A DNA stretch of 54,334 nucleotides from assembly GCA_965612795.1 (NCBI GenBank), contig CBFDTI010000003.1, positions 1 through 54,334 on the forward strand, read 5' to 3'. The translations under genes and the position numbers were made by a program. The stretch is from an uncultured bacterium (GTDB lineage Bacteria; Hydrothermota; UBA3073; NMUJ01). The first letter of the stretch is position 1; the number at the start of each line of letters is the position of its first letter. Below the pieces are notes generated by a model, which was not told the DNA's origin, ran no database searches, and saw nothing but the letters and a program-made list of their open reading frames with translations. Positions 19,586 through 27,799 of the stretch are shown one piece after another.

Positions 19586-19612
19586 TTGACATATGGGTTT
19601 ATCCCATATTTT
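19586..19612 (+). promoter_or_regulatory. Putative tpiA-operon promoter TTGACA-N15-TATTTT with an internal inverted repeat
   Basis: TTGACA 19586-19591, TATTTT 19607-19612; ATATGGG-N5-CCCATAT at 19591-19609. Confidence 0.6.
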
Positions 19613-19622
19613 GAATATCCAC

Positions 19623-20390
19623 ATGCGTAAAAAGATAATCGCTGGTAACTGGAAGATGCACAAAACCGTAGGTGATGCGATCGCCCTGGCCTCTGGCATA
19701 GTTGACAGCTACAAGCCGGAGCGGGTTGAGGTTGTCATCGCACCACCATTCACTGCATTGTACAAGGTAGCCGAGGTCATACGTGGTACACATGTGAGGT
19801 TGGGTGCACAGAACATGTTTCACGAACCCGAAGGTGCGTATACAGGTGAGGTATCACCCATCATGCTCAAGGATATAGGTGTGGAATATGTTATTATCGG
19901 GCATTCCGAACGTCGCAAGTATTTTGGTGAAACCGACACCACCGTGAACTTAAAGGTCAAATCTGCACTCAAACACAACCTTATACCGATAGTATGTGTA
20001 GGTGAGACGCTCGACGAACGTGAACATGGTATCACCATGGACGTAGTAAGACGACAGATTTTGGGTGCATTCACCGATATAACAGCGGATGCTTTCGAGC
20101 ACATTGTCATAGCTTACGAACCCGTATGGGCGATAGGTACGGGTAAGGTGGCCACCCCCGAACAGGCGGTTGAGGTACATAGATTCATAAGAGAGGTGTT
20201 GCGAAACGAACTCAATGTAAAGGCCGAAAACGTGTCCATACTCTATGGTGGTAGCATCAAACCCAACAATATCGAATCTTTAATAAAGGAACCCGATATC
20301 GATGGTGGGCTCGTCGGTGGTGCAAGCTTGAGGGTTGACCAATTCGTTGAGATTGTTAAAATTTCGGATAGAATCGTAGGAGGCAACTGA
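19623..20390 (+). CDS. tpiA: Triosephosphate isomerase
   Basis: IAGNWKM, IIGHSERR, AYEPVWAIGTG, YGGS, LVGGASL; start set at ATG 19623. Confidence 0.97.
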   Translation: MRKKIIAGNWKMHKTVGDAIALASGIVDSYKPERVEVVIAPPFTALYKVAEVIRGTHVRLGAQNMFHEPEGAYTGEVSPIMLKDIGVEYVIIGHSERRKYFGETDTTVNLKVKSALKHNLIPIVCVGETLDEREHGITMDVVRRQILGAFTDITADAFEHIVIAYEPVWAIGTGKVATPEQAVEVHRFIREVLRNELNVKAENVSILYGGSIKPNNIESLIKEPDIDGGLVGGASLRVDQFVEIVKISDRIVGGN

Positions 20391-20686
20391 TGGGTGTGCT
20401 GCTTGGGCTGCACGTGTTTATCGCGTTAGTTCTTATCCTGGTGATCCTCATGCAACCTTCACGTGCAGGTGGACTTGGTGCTATAGGAGGTGGTACAACA
20501 TACTTTGGGCCACGTGGATATGTGCCGTTTCTTACTAAAATCACAGTAGGTGCAGCCGTTATATTTTTTATTACCTCGCTCAGCCTTACACTTATGATTT
20601 CGCGTGCACGTACGAAAAGTGCTATCGAAAAGGCTATCGAGAAGGGGCCAACACCTACTGAAGAAAGGGTACCCACAGAAAGATGA
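20390..20686 (+). CDS. secG: Preprotein translocase subunit SecG
   Basis: Two TM helices flanking 'ILMQPSRAGGLGAIGGG', LTKIT motif, canonical position after tpiA. Confidence 0.9.
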   Translation: MGVLLGLHVFIALVLILVILMQPSRAGGLGAIGGGTTYFGPRGYVPFLTKITVGAAVIFFITSLSLTLMISRARTKSAIEKAIEKGPTPTEERVPTER

Positions 20687-20997
20687 AGGAAGCAGTTGTC
20701 GAGATAAAAGGTGCCCAGTATAGGGTAAGGGAGAACGACGTTGTGAAGGTACCCAAACTCGATGCTAACGTCGGTGATACAGTTAAGTTTACAACAGTAC
20801 TGTTGGCTATAAAAGACGGTAAAACCATAGTCGGTACCCCTTATGTGGAAGGTGCTGAATGTGTCGCAAAAGTGTTGGAAACCAAAAAGGATAAAAAGAT
20901 CATCGTCTATAAGTATAAGCCCAAAAAACGTTACTACAGGATGAAAGGGCACCGTCAATGGTACACAAAGATAAAGATTGAAAAGCTCAACCTTTAA
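20683..20997 (+). CDS. rplU: 50S ribosomal protein bL21
   Basis: AVVEIKGAQYRV, GTPYVEGA, KGHRQWYT. Confidence 0.96.
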   Translation: MKEAVVEIKGAQYRVRENDVVKVPKLDANVGDTVKFTTVLLAIKDGKTIVGTPYVEGAECVAKVLETKKDKKIIVYKYKPKKRYYRMKGHRQWYTKIKIEKLNL

Positions 20998-21006
20998 GGA
21001 GGAAAT

Positions 21007-21270
21007 ATGGCACATAAAAAGGGGGCAGGTGCTTCCCGAAACGGCCGTGATTCCAAACCCAAATACCTGGGGGTGAAGCGGTACGATGGACAGCTTGTAA
21101 ACACAGGTGAGATACTCGTACGGCAACGAGGTACACGATTTCTACCCGGTATAAACGTGGGTAGGGGTGGTGACGATACATTGTTTGCACTCGCAACAGG
21201 TAAGGTTAAATTCACCACTCGTAGAGGTAAGAAGATAGTGCACGTGCTCCCTGTGGATGGAACTGGCTGA
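21007..21270 (+). CDS. rpmA: 50S ribosomal protein bL27
   Basis: [33 protein letters not shown]; no N-terminal extension and no prp/ysxB gene between rplU and rpmA. Confidence 0.97.
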   Translation: MAHKKGAGASRNGRDSKPKYLGVKRYDGQLVNTGEILVRQRGTRFLPGINVGRGGDDTLFALATGKVKFTTRRGKKIVHVLPVDGTG

Positions 21271-22327
21271 ACTTGAGGATTGGTTACGACTTGCCATCGC
21301 ACCAGGTGTGGGGGAGGCCAAACTTGTTAAGTTGATAACACAATATGGTGACCCCAAATCCATATTCCATGTAGATAAAGAGACACTAAAACATCAAGTA
21401 GGTGAAGAAGCCGCTAATGGTATAGATAATATCAAAGGTTACGATGTGAAGCGTTTCGTAGAGATTATGGATAAGCTTAATATACAGTTGATACCAATGA
21501 CAGATGCGAAATATCCAAAGGTGTTGCTTCAACTATCTGTACCACCACCTATGCTTTTTGTAAGGGGTGAGCTATGTGACGAAGATACTCGTGGTGTAGC
21601 AATCGTAGGTGCCCGTAAAGCTACCAATTACGGTAGGAATGTTGCACACCACTTAGCCTATGAATTGGCACGTACGGGGGTAACCATCATATCGGGTATG
21701 GCAAGAGGTATAGACACTGAGGCACATAAAGGGGCACTCGAAGCCAACGGCAGAACCATAGCGGTGTGGGGCTCGGGACTCGATTGGGTCTATCCAGCCG
21801 AAAACCGCTACCTTGCCAACCACATAATTAACAATGGCGCATGTGTGTCGGAATTCCCACCCCGTACCAGGCCCGAAGCTGGTAACTTTCCACGCCGTAA
21901 CCGTATAATAAGTGCACTGTCAAGAGCTGTTATAGTAGTTGAAGCTGCTATCACGTCGGGTGTCATGCATACCGTACGGTGGGCGTTAGAGCTCGGTCGT
22001 GATGTACTTGCAGTACCTGGTAACATAACAAGCCGTATGAGTGAAGGTACAAATATGCTTATAGCACAAGGGGCACATGTCATCACCAAGGTGGAGGACA
22101 TATTTGAGCTACTCAACATCGACTATAAGGTGAAAAAGGTTGAGGTTGAATTAACTGATGAAGAAAAATCTGTATTGGAGGTGTTGACAGACGAACCCCA
22201 ACATGTGGACGATATAGCTGAACGTCTGAACATGCCCGTACAGAGGTTGACCGCCATACTTCTGACATTAGAGTTAAAACGTCAAGTTAAGCAATTACCT
22301 GGACGAAATTTTATACGTCTACCTTGA
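21257..22327 (+). CDS. dprA: DNA-processing protein DprA
   Basis: [41 protein letters not shown]-terminal winged helix (LLTLELK). Confidence 0.95.
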   Translation: MELAELEDWLRLAIAPGVGEAKLVKLITQYGDPKSIFHVDKETLKHQVGEEAANGIDNIKGYDVKRFVEIMDKLNIQLIPMTDAKYPKVLLQLSVPPPMLFVRGELCDEDTRGVAIVGARKATNYGRNVAHHLAYELARTGVTIISGMARGIDTEAHKGALEANGRTIAVWGSGLDWVYPAENRYLANHIINNGACVSEFPPRTRPEAGNFPRRNRIISALSRAVIVVEAAITSGVMHTVRWALELGRDVLAVPGNITSRMSEGTNMLIAQGAHVITKVEDIFELLNIDYKVKKVEVELTDEEKSVLEVLTDEPQHVDDIAERLNMPVQRLTAILLTLELKRQVKQLPGRNFIRLP

Positions 22328-22350
22328 CAAAATTGTGACAACCTTAAGAT
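22324..22350 (+). promoter_or_regulatory. Putative ferredoxin promoter TTGACA-N15-TAAGAT
   Basis: TTGACA 22324-22329 overlaps the dprA stop; TAAGAT 22345-22350; RBS aaggagg downstream. Confidence 0.6.
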
Positions 22351-22372
22351 GTAAGTTAGAAAAGGAGGTAAG

Positions 22373-22555
22373 ATGCGAGTGACGATAGACGAGGACGCAT
22401 GCATCGGTTGTGGCGTGTGTGAAGCTATGTGTCCAGAAGTCTTCAAAGTGGAGGGTGACAAGGCGAAAGTCATCGATCCCGAAGGTTGCAACGGCTGTAA
22501 CTGTCAGGAGGTGGCTGAGTCCTGTCCCACACAGGCTATAATAATCGAAGCGTGA
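22373..22555 (+). CDS. Small [4Fe-4S] ferredoxin
   Basis: CIGCGVCEAMCPEVF and C-terminal ESCPTQAI; strong RBS. Confidence 0.93.
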   Translation: MRVTIDEDACIGCGVCEAMCPEVFKVEGDKAKVIDPEGCNGCNCQEVAESCPTQAIIIEA

Positions 22556-22574
22556 TGACGGATAGACTTTCGCG

Positions 22575-22722
22575 CTGGTATAGGTTTATTGGTCATGGGA
22601 AAGGTGTCCGTACCTCAAGGAGGGGGGCCACAAATTGTGAAGTTCTAGCACACATTCTAATACCATTAGGGGACAGCTGGGTGGCCCCCTTCCCATAACT
22701 ATGGAGTTGAAATATAAACCAG
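22575..22722. ncRNA. Candidate structured RNA element of unknown family
   Basis: Nested complementary segments GGTTTAT/ATAAACC, ATGGGAA/TTCCCAT and GGGGGCCAC/GTGGCCCCC, plus three small internal hairpins, in a roughly 195-nt intergenic gap. Confidence 0.4.
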
Positions 22723-22751
22723 TATGTGGCCGACCCTCATAATATAAATAG

Positions 22752-24056
22752 ATGATGAAACACCCCGCTATAGTGTTGCTGTTCATTATAATATTTACAG
22801 GATGCGTACATTTTAAATCCTACTTCAACCTTTTCTACAACGCGAAGAAAGACTACGAGGAAGCAATCAAAACGGAACCACCGTCCAAACAGAAATTAGA
22901 TAAGGTGATAGAAAGGTGTGGCAAAATAATAAAGTATTATCCCACATCACGTTGGGTACCTGATGCCGTATTGCTCATGGGTAAGGCGTTCCTCGCAAAG
23001 GGTGAGTACAGTCAAGCTGAGGAGAAGTTTCGTGAATTTATCAAGTTTTTCCCCGAACACAAAGCCTGTAACGAAGCACGTTATATGCTGGCAGAGACCT
23101 ACATCAAACAAGGTGACCTCATAAAGGCACGTGAGCTGTTGGAACCACTCATATCCACAAGCAAAGGACAGCTCTGCGAAAGAGCTTATTATCTGTTGAT
23201 ACAATCATACTTCGAAGAGCGTGCCTATTATGAAGCTATAGATAAAGGTGAACAGTTTCTGAAACGGTTTCCAAAAAGTTCATACAAAGGTGATGTGTTG
23301 TTGACATTAGGTGCGGCGTATGATTCGCTTCGCAAATACGAACATGCAGCCACCATGTACCAGCAAGCGCTACGGTTTGCGACACGCAAAAACCCCATAC
23401 TTATAAAGCTGGCACGTGCTGAAATATTGATGGGTAACGTAGAGGAGGGGTTAAATAAGCTCGAAGAACTACGTAAGAGGGTGACCGATCCCACCGAAGA
23501 GGAAGCTATTGCACTAGAGATGGCAAGAGGTTACATAGAGCTTGGTGACACAAATAGGGCTATCGACCTGCTGCAGAAATATACGAATTCGGTCAATGCA
23601 CTGTTATTACTTGCAGAGATATATGAATGGCTATGCAACTACAAAGAAGCGGCCCAGTATTACGATGAGATTGCACGGAAAGGCGCCCCCCTCCTACGTG
23701 CGAGGGCCAGCTTACGCAAAGAGGCTATCGATAAGCTTCTCAAGTATGAAGCAGATACAAGTATGACGGATACCACTATATTTAGGTTGGCAGAATTGTA
23801 TCTGTTTGAGTTCGATCAACTCGATAAGGCACGCCAATATTACCTTCAGGTGTGGCAGGATTATCCCCAAAGCCGGTATGCACCCAAGGCGGGGTTGGCT
23901 TTGGCATGGATCGCACGTCATAAGGATAATAACCCCGAATTGGCTTGTGAGTATTATGAGGCAGTAATCGAACGTTACCCCAACACCTATTATGCACGTA
24001 AAGCAAGCGAGCTACTGAATGCAGTACGTGAAAGTAGAGATAATAAAGAACAGTGA
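22752..24056 (+). CDS. TPR-repeat lipoprotein (BamD/CpoB-like repeats)
   Basis: Lipobox IFTGC after a hydrophobic stretch; repeated TPR-type helices with 'YP.S' turns (YYPTSRW, FPKSSY, YPQSRY, YPNTYY). Confidence 0.75.
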   Translation: MMKHPAIVLLFIIIFTGCVHFKSYFNLFYNAKKDYEEAIKTEPPSKQKLDKVIERCGKIIKYYPTSRWVPDAVLLMGKAFLAKGEYSQAEEKFREFIKFFPEHKACNEARYMLAETYIKQGDLIKARELLEPLISTSKGQLCERAYYLLIQSYFEERAYYEAIDKGEQFLKRFPKSSYKGDVLLTLGAAYDSLRKYEHAATMYQQALRFATRKNPILIKLARAEILMGNVEEGLNKLEELRKRVTDPTEEEAIALEMARGYIELGDTNRAIDLLQKYTNSVNALLLLAEIYEWLCNYKEAAQYYDEIARKGAPLLRARASLRKEAIDKLLKYEADTSMTDTTIFRLAELYLFEFDQLDKARQYYLQVWQDYPQSRYAPKAGLALAWIARHKDNNPELACEYYEAVIERYPNTYYARKASELLNAVRESRDNKEQ

Positions 24057-24735
24057 AGTAGCAGCTCAGATATTTGAGCTACAGGTGAGGGTTGAACTCG
24101 GTCACGTGAAGCCCGGTCAGTTTGTGCTTCTATACCCGAGGGGATGCCTTCTACCGCGTCCCTTCAGTGTGGGGGATTATGTCAATAATGTACTTACCAT
24201 CTTCTACAAGGTCGTAGGTAAAGGTACACATGAGCTCACCAAACTGCAACCCACTGCCAGCATTTACTTGTTGGGTCCATTAGGGAATGGGTTTGATATT
24301 CCCACCCATCATATAAACGTGATCGCTGGTGGGATAGGGATCGCACCCTTCTTCTTGCTCAAACGGTTTGCAGACGATGTAACCCTTGTGTGGGGTGTTA
24401 AGACCAAAGATGAGTTTTTTGGGCTGGAAAGATTCAAAGGTTGGGACATACACCTCTATACTGAGGATGGTTCCCATGGGATGCAAGGTATGGCCACAGA
24501 TTGTCTCAATACAATAAGTAAGGATACAATATTGGCATGTGGGCCGGTGGGGATGCTTAACCAGCTCATAGATTTCGCCATAAGTAATAACCGATATGTA
24601 CAGGTGTTGGTTGAACAGCGTATGGGTTGCGGTATAGGTGCATGTCGTGGCTGTGCCATACGCAGGCGAGTTGGCGGATATTTCCATTTATGTGAGGACG
24701 GACCCGTTTTTGACGCACGCACGATAGTGCTATGA
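24019..24735 (+). CDS. pyrK: Dihydroorotate dehydrogenase electron transfer subunit
   Basis: KPGQFV, RPFSV, GPLGNGF, AGGIGIAP, ACGP, MGCGIGACRGC...C.DGPVF [2Fe-2S] motif. Confidence 0.92.
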   Translation: MQYVKVEIIKNSEVAAQIFELQVRVELGHVKPGQFVLLYPRGCLLPRPFSVGDYVNNVLTIFYKVVGKGTHELTKLQPTASIYLLGPLGNGFDIPTHHINVIAGGIGIAPFFLLKRFADDVTLVWGVKTKDEFFGLERFKGWDIHLYTEDGSHGMQGMATDCLNTISKDTILACGPVGMLNQLIDFAISNNRYVQVLVEQRMGCGIGACRGCAIRRRVGGYFHLCEDGPVFDARTIVL

Positions 24736-25589
24736 AGCGACTTGAGGTAAAAGCTTTTGGTGTAACATTTAGAAATCCGATACTATTAGCTTCAGGTACG
24801 TGGTCACCGAGGTTGAACGAACTCTATCCATTATCGATGTTGGGCGGCTTGGTGACCAAAAGCATAACAGTTGAACCGTGTGAAGGTAACCCACCACCCA
24901 GGATCTGGGAAACCGAACATGGGGTGCTCAACTCGATAGGACTGGAGAACCCCGGTATCGATAGATTCATAAATGAGGTGTTACCTGAATTGGAACAACT
25001 CAACCCCATCATCATAGTGAGTATAGCAGGTAGTAAGCCGGAAGAGTTCTATACATTGGTGGAACGGCTCAACCCCACCAATGTAACCGCATACGAGATA
25101 AATGTATCATGTCCGAACGTTGCACGTGGAGGTATCGAGCTGGGTAAAGATATCGCCAGTTTATTAGATATGGCACGTAACCTATATAAGTTGAGCCATA
25201 AACCGCTAATCTACAAGCTATCGATAGTACATGATATCGACCAGATAGTGCCACTACTTACACCGTATGCGGATGGGTTCACCCTCATAAACAGTGTACC
25301 GGCAATGGCTATCGATTTACAAACACGTAGGCCGCAGCTCGGCAACGTAACAGGTGGGCTATCTGGTCCCCCCATTAAACCTATCGCCCTATATGCGGTA
25401 CATAAGGCGAAAAAGCTCACCCACTTGCCGATCATCGGCTGTGGTGGCGTGTCGAAGCTCGAAGATGTGCTCGAATTCATCGCCGTAGGTGCATCACTTG
25501 TACAGGTGGGTAGCGCCAACTTCAACCATCCCCTCATCGGTAAGGAATTGGTGGCTGGGTTAACAAACTTAGTAAATAATATGGAGTAG
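24732..25589 (+). CDS. pyrD: Dihydroorotate dehydrogenase (class 1B catalytic subunit)
   Basis: NPILLASGT, TKSIT, NSIGLENPG, EINVSCPN, GGLSGPPIKP, IIGCGG; coupled to pyrK (ATGA). Confidence 0.95.
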   Translation: MKRLEVKAFGVTFRNPILLASGTWSPRLNELYPLSMLGGLVTKSITVEPCEGNPPPRIWETEHGVLNSIGLENPGIDRFINEVLPELEQLNPIIIVSIAGSKPEEFYTLVERLNPTNVTAYEINVSCPNVARGGIELGKDIASLLDMARNLYKLSHKPLIYKLSIVHDIDQIVPLLTPYADGFTLINSVPAMAIDLQTRRPQLGNVTGGLSGPPIKPIALYAVHKAKKLTHLPIIGCGGVSKLEDVLEFIAVGASLVQVGSANFNHPLIGKELVAGLTNLVNNME

Positions 25590-25597
25590 GTGGTAAC

Positions 25598-26752
25598 ATG
25601 CGTAACGTGTGGCTGTTGGGGATGACGAGCCTGCTCACCGATGTATCAAGCGAAATGATACTACCCATACTACCGTTCTTTATAGAAGCGCTCGGCGGTA
25701 AGGGGTTAGCTATTGGCTTGGCAGCGGGTTTAGGTGAGGCAGCAGCTTCGTTCTTCAAGTTATTTTCGGGCTGGTTAGCTGAACGTACACGTAAGAAAGG
25801 GTTAGTATTCACCGGGTATGGGTTATCATCTATCGCTAAGCTGTTTATGGGGATGGCATCCAACTGGAGTACAGTGGTTGCGTTCAGAACCGTCGATCGT
25901 ATCGGCAAGGGTATACGTACATCACCAAGAGATGCATTGATTGCTGAAAGTGTAACCGCACGTGGACGTGGGTTCGGCCTTCATCGTGCACTTGACACAG
26001 CGGGTGCAATAATTGGGTCGATCATCGTATTAACATATCTTTACTACACTATACCACAGCTTGCGAACTATAAGATTGTCATCTTTGTAGCTGCAATAAT
26101 AGGGTTTACGGCGTTGATACCACTTATATGGGTGGAAGAGAAACGCATCTCCCACGAACCTATAAGCTTCAGACGACTACCGTGGTCACCTGAGTTCAAG
26201 ACATTCTTGATAGTTACAACATTGTTTGCATTCGGTAACGTAAATTATATGTTCTTCTTGTTGAGGCTTGCGAAGGGGTTAGAACTTACGGTGACAGCCG
26301 AACGTGCCATCCTCATAACACTCGCGTTCTATATACTGTTTAATGTCATCTACACTGCGTTCGCATATCCTATCGGTAAGTGGAGCGATCGTATTGGCAA
26401 ACACCCAGTAGTTATTGCCGCATTTGTTCTATATTTCCTGATAACTATGGGGTTTGCGACACTTGATGGATACTGGTTATTGGTACCGTTCATGTTCTAT
26501 GGGTTATTTTTTGCATTACTTGAAGGTACACAACGTGCATGGGGTGCCGATATGATGAAACGCCATTATGGGATACAATTTGGTGTATTTCACTTCCTCA
26601 CAGGGACAGCCACCCTTATAGGGGCGCTTGTTGCCGGTGTGCTGTGGGATATCGATCCAGACTATACGTTTTATTTTGGTGCATCGATCAGCTTACTAAC
26701 GCTTGCAGTTGTAGTACTGGTGCGCCACTCGTTAACTAAAAATTCAACGTGA
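25598..26752 (+). CDS. MFS transporter
   Basis: About 12 hydrophobic segments; DRIGKGIRTSPRDALI, GFGLHRALDTAGA, GKWSDRIGK. Confidence 0.88.
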   Translation: MRNVWLLGMTSLLTDVSSEMILPILPFFIEALGGKGLAIGLAAGLGEAAASFFKLFSGWLAERTRKKGLVFTGYGLSSIAKLFMGMASNWSTVVAFRTVDRIGKGIRTSPRDALIAESVTARGRGFGLHRALDTAGAIIGSIIVLTYLYYTIPQLANYKIVIFVAAIIGFTALIPLIWVEEKRISHEPISFRRLPWSPEFKTFLIVTTLFAFGNVNYMFFLLRLAKGLELTVTAERAILITLAFYILFNVIYTAFAYPIGKWSDRIGKHPVVIAAFVLYFLITMGFATLDGYWLLVPFMFYGLFFALLEGTQRAWGADMMKRHYGIQFGVFHFLTGTATLIGALVAGVLWDIDPDYTFYFGASISLLTLAVVVLVRHSLTKNST

Positions 26753-26822
26753 ATTACATATGAGCAAACTTTTTGTCCAACCCTTACGTCTAATATAAAA
26801 GATGAACCAGAAGGAGGCAACA

Positions 26823-27662
26823 ATGCGTAGATGGGTACCACTTCTCATCATGGGTATATTTTTAGCCGCTATCTGGGGGTGTCGTGAAGCACAACCTCCT
26901 ACGATGAGTGATGAGGAGGCGATCAGGGCATTGATTTCGAACCTACCATATTTTGGGATTGACGTCGAATATACCAAACCGGATACCGTGGAAGGGCCAA
27001 CCAAAGAACCCATACAACCTATCTTCTGGTGGCGTGAAGGTACACACCTCAGTATCGATCTTGATATAGATATTGTTGGCGATTCAGCATTCGTGACGAT
27101 ATCACGTGATTGCGAAGGTATACTACACATCATCACGGGTGGCGATACCATAGATACAGTGGATAAGCCGTTACATGATACGTTCCTACGATACGCGATA
27201 TTTAAACGCGATACCGTACCAGGTTATTACCGTGGATGGCGTATATGGATGGTCTCGGGTGCAGAGGCAACATCCGATCCCAACACGGTAGCTATCGATA
27301 GTATCAGAATACAGTCTACAAGCTACCCCGATACGGTATTAACGGATCCGCTCACAATCGTACATAGGGATGATATCCTCACGTTTGGACCTAACGAACA
27401 GGTTATCGTGACAGTTTACACAAATGTTGACTCTGCATGCGTGTTCATGCATTCCTTCCGACGTGGCCCAGCCGGCATACGGCGTCACCATAGGTGGAGG
27501 TTTACACGTGTAGGTAACGGTATTTATGAAGGTGTATGGTATACACCATTCGCATATGGTGTACATCGTGCTGCCGTGGATGTACTACACTGGAACACAC
27601 TGCACGATAGCGAGTACGTGTACGATGCGAACGCATGGCTGTTCCCGTATCTGGTGAAATAG
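26823..27662 (+). CDS. Hypothetical lipoprotein
   Basis: RBS aaggagg before ATG 26823; MRRWVPLLIMGIFLAAIWGC lipoprotein-type signal; followed by a terminator. Confidence 0.7.
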   Translation: MRRWVPLLIMGIFLAAIWGCREAQPPTMSDEEAIRALISNLPYFGIDVEYTKPDTVEGPTKEPIQPIFWWREGTHLSIDLDIDIVGDSAFVTISRDCEGILHIITGGDTIDTVDKPLHDTFLRYAIFKRDTVPGYYRGWRIWMVSGAEATSDPNTVAIDSIRIQSTSYPDTVLTDPLTIVHRDDILTFGPNEQVIVTVYTNVDSACVFMHSFRRGPAGIRRHHRWRFTRVGNGIYEGVWYTPFAYGVHRAAVDVLHWNTLHDSEYVYDANAWLFPYLVK

Positions 27663-27684
27663 TTACACCTGTACGGCAGCTATT

Positions 27685-27716
27685 AAAGGTCGGGTGGGCT
27701 GCCCACCCGACCTTTT
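27685..27716 (+). terminator. Rho-independent terminator (possibly bidirectional)
   Basis: AAAGGTCGGGTGGG-ctg-CCCACCCGACCTTT perfect 14-bp stem ending in a T-run. Confidence 0.85.
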
Positions 27717-27765
27717 CATACTTACATTGGGCTACAATTGACAGCCTGTAATACCTCTCCCACCC

Positions 27766-27793
27766 TTGCATTCTACACGTTATACACTATTTT
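27766..27793 (+). promoter_or_regulatory. Putative yidC promoter TTGCAT-N16-TATTTT, 6 nt before ATG (leaderless)
   Basis: TTGCAT 27766-27771, TATTTT 27788-27793, ATG 27800, no SD. Confidence 0.4.
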
Positions 27794-27799
27794 TAAAAT

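Noticed and set aside
20356-21302. 256-aa and 102-aa minus-strand ORFs
   Set aside because: Antisense to secG/rplU/rpmA with no recognisable motifs. The same applies to the many other short ORFs nested in or opposite well-supported genes (e.g. 49277-49900, 37438-37983, 51892-52362).
22590-22620. Cobalamin-riboswitch-like GGGAA.GGTG segment
   Set aside because: Lacks the rest of the B12 box and the conserved GCCCCCGC/GCCACTG elements; downstream genes are not B12-related.
22586-22786. 66-aa minus-strand ORF across the structured intergenic region
   Set aside because: No RBS or motif, starts inside the TPR gene; the nested complementarity is better explained at the RNA level.
27738-27765. Perfect TTGACA upstream of yidC
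   Set aside because: No -10-like hexamer at 15-18 nt; the nearer TTGCAT/TATTTT pair fits better.
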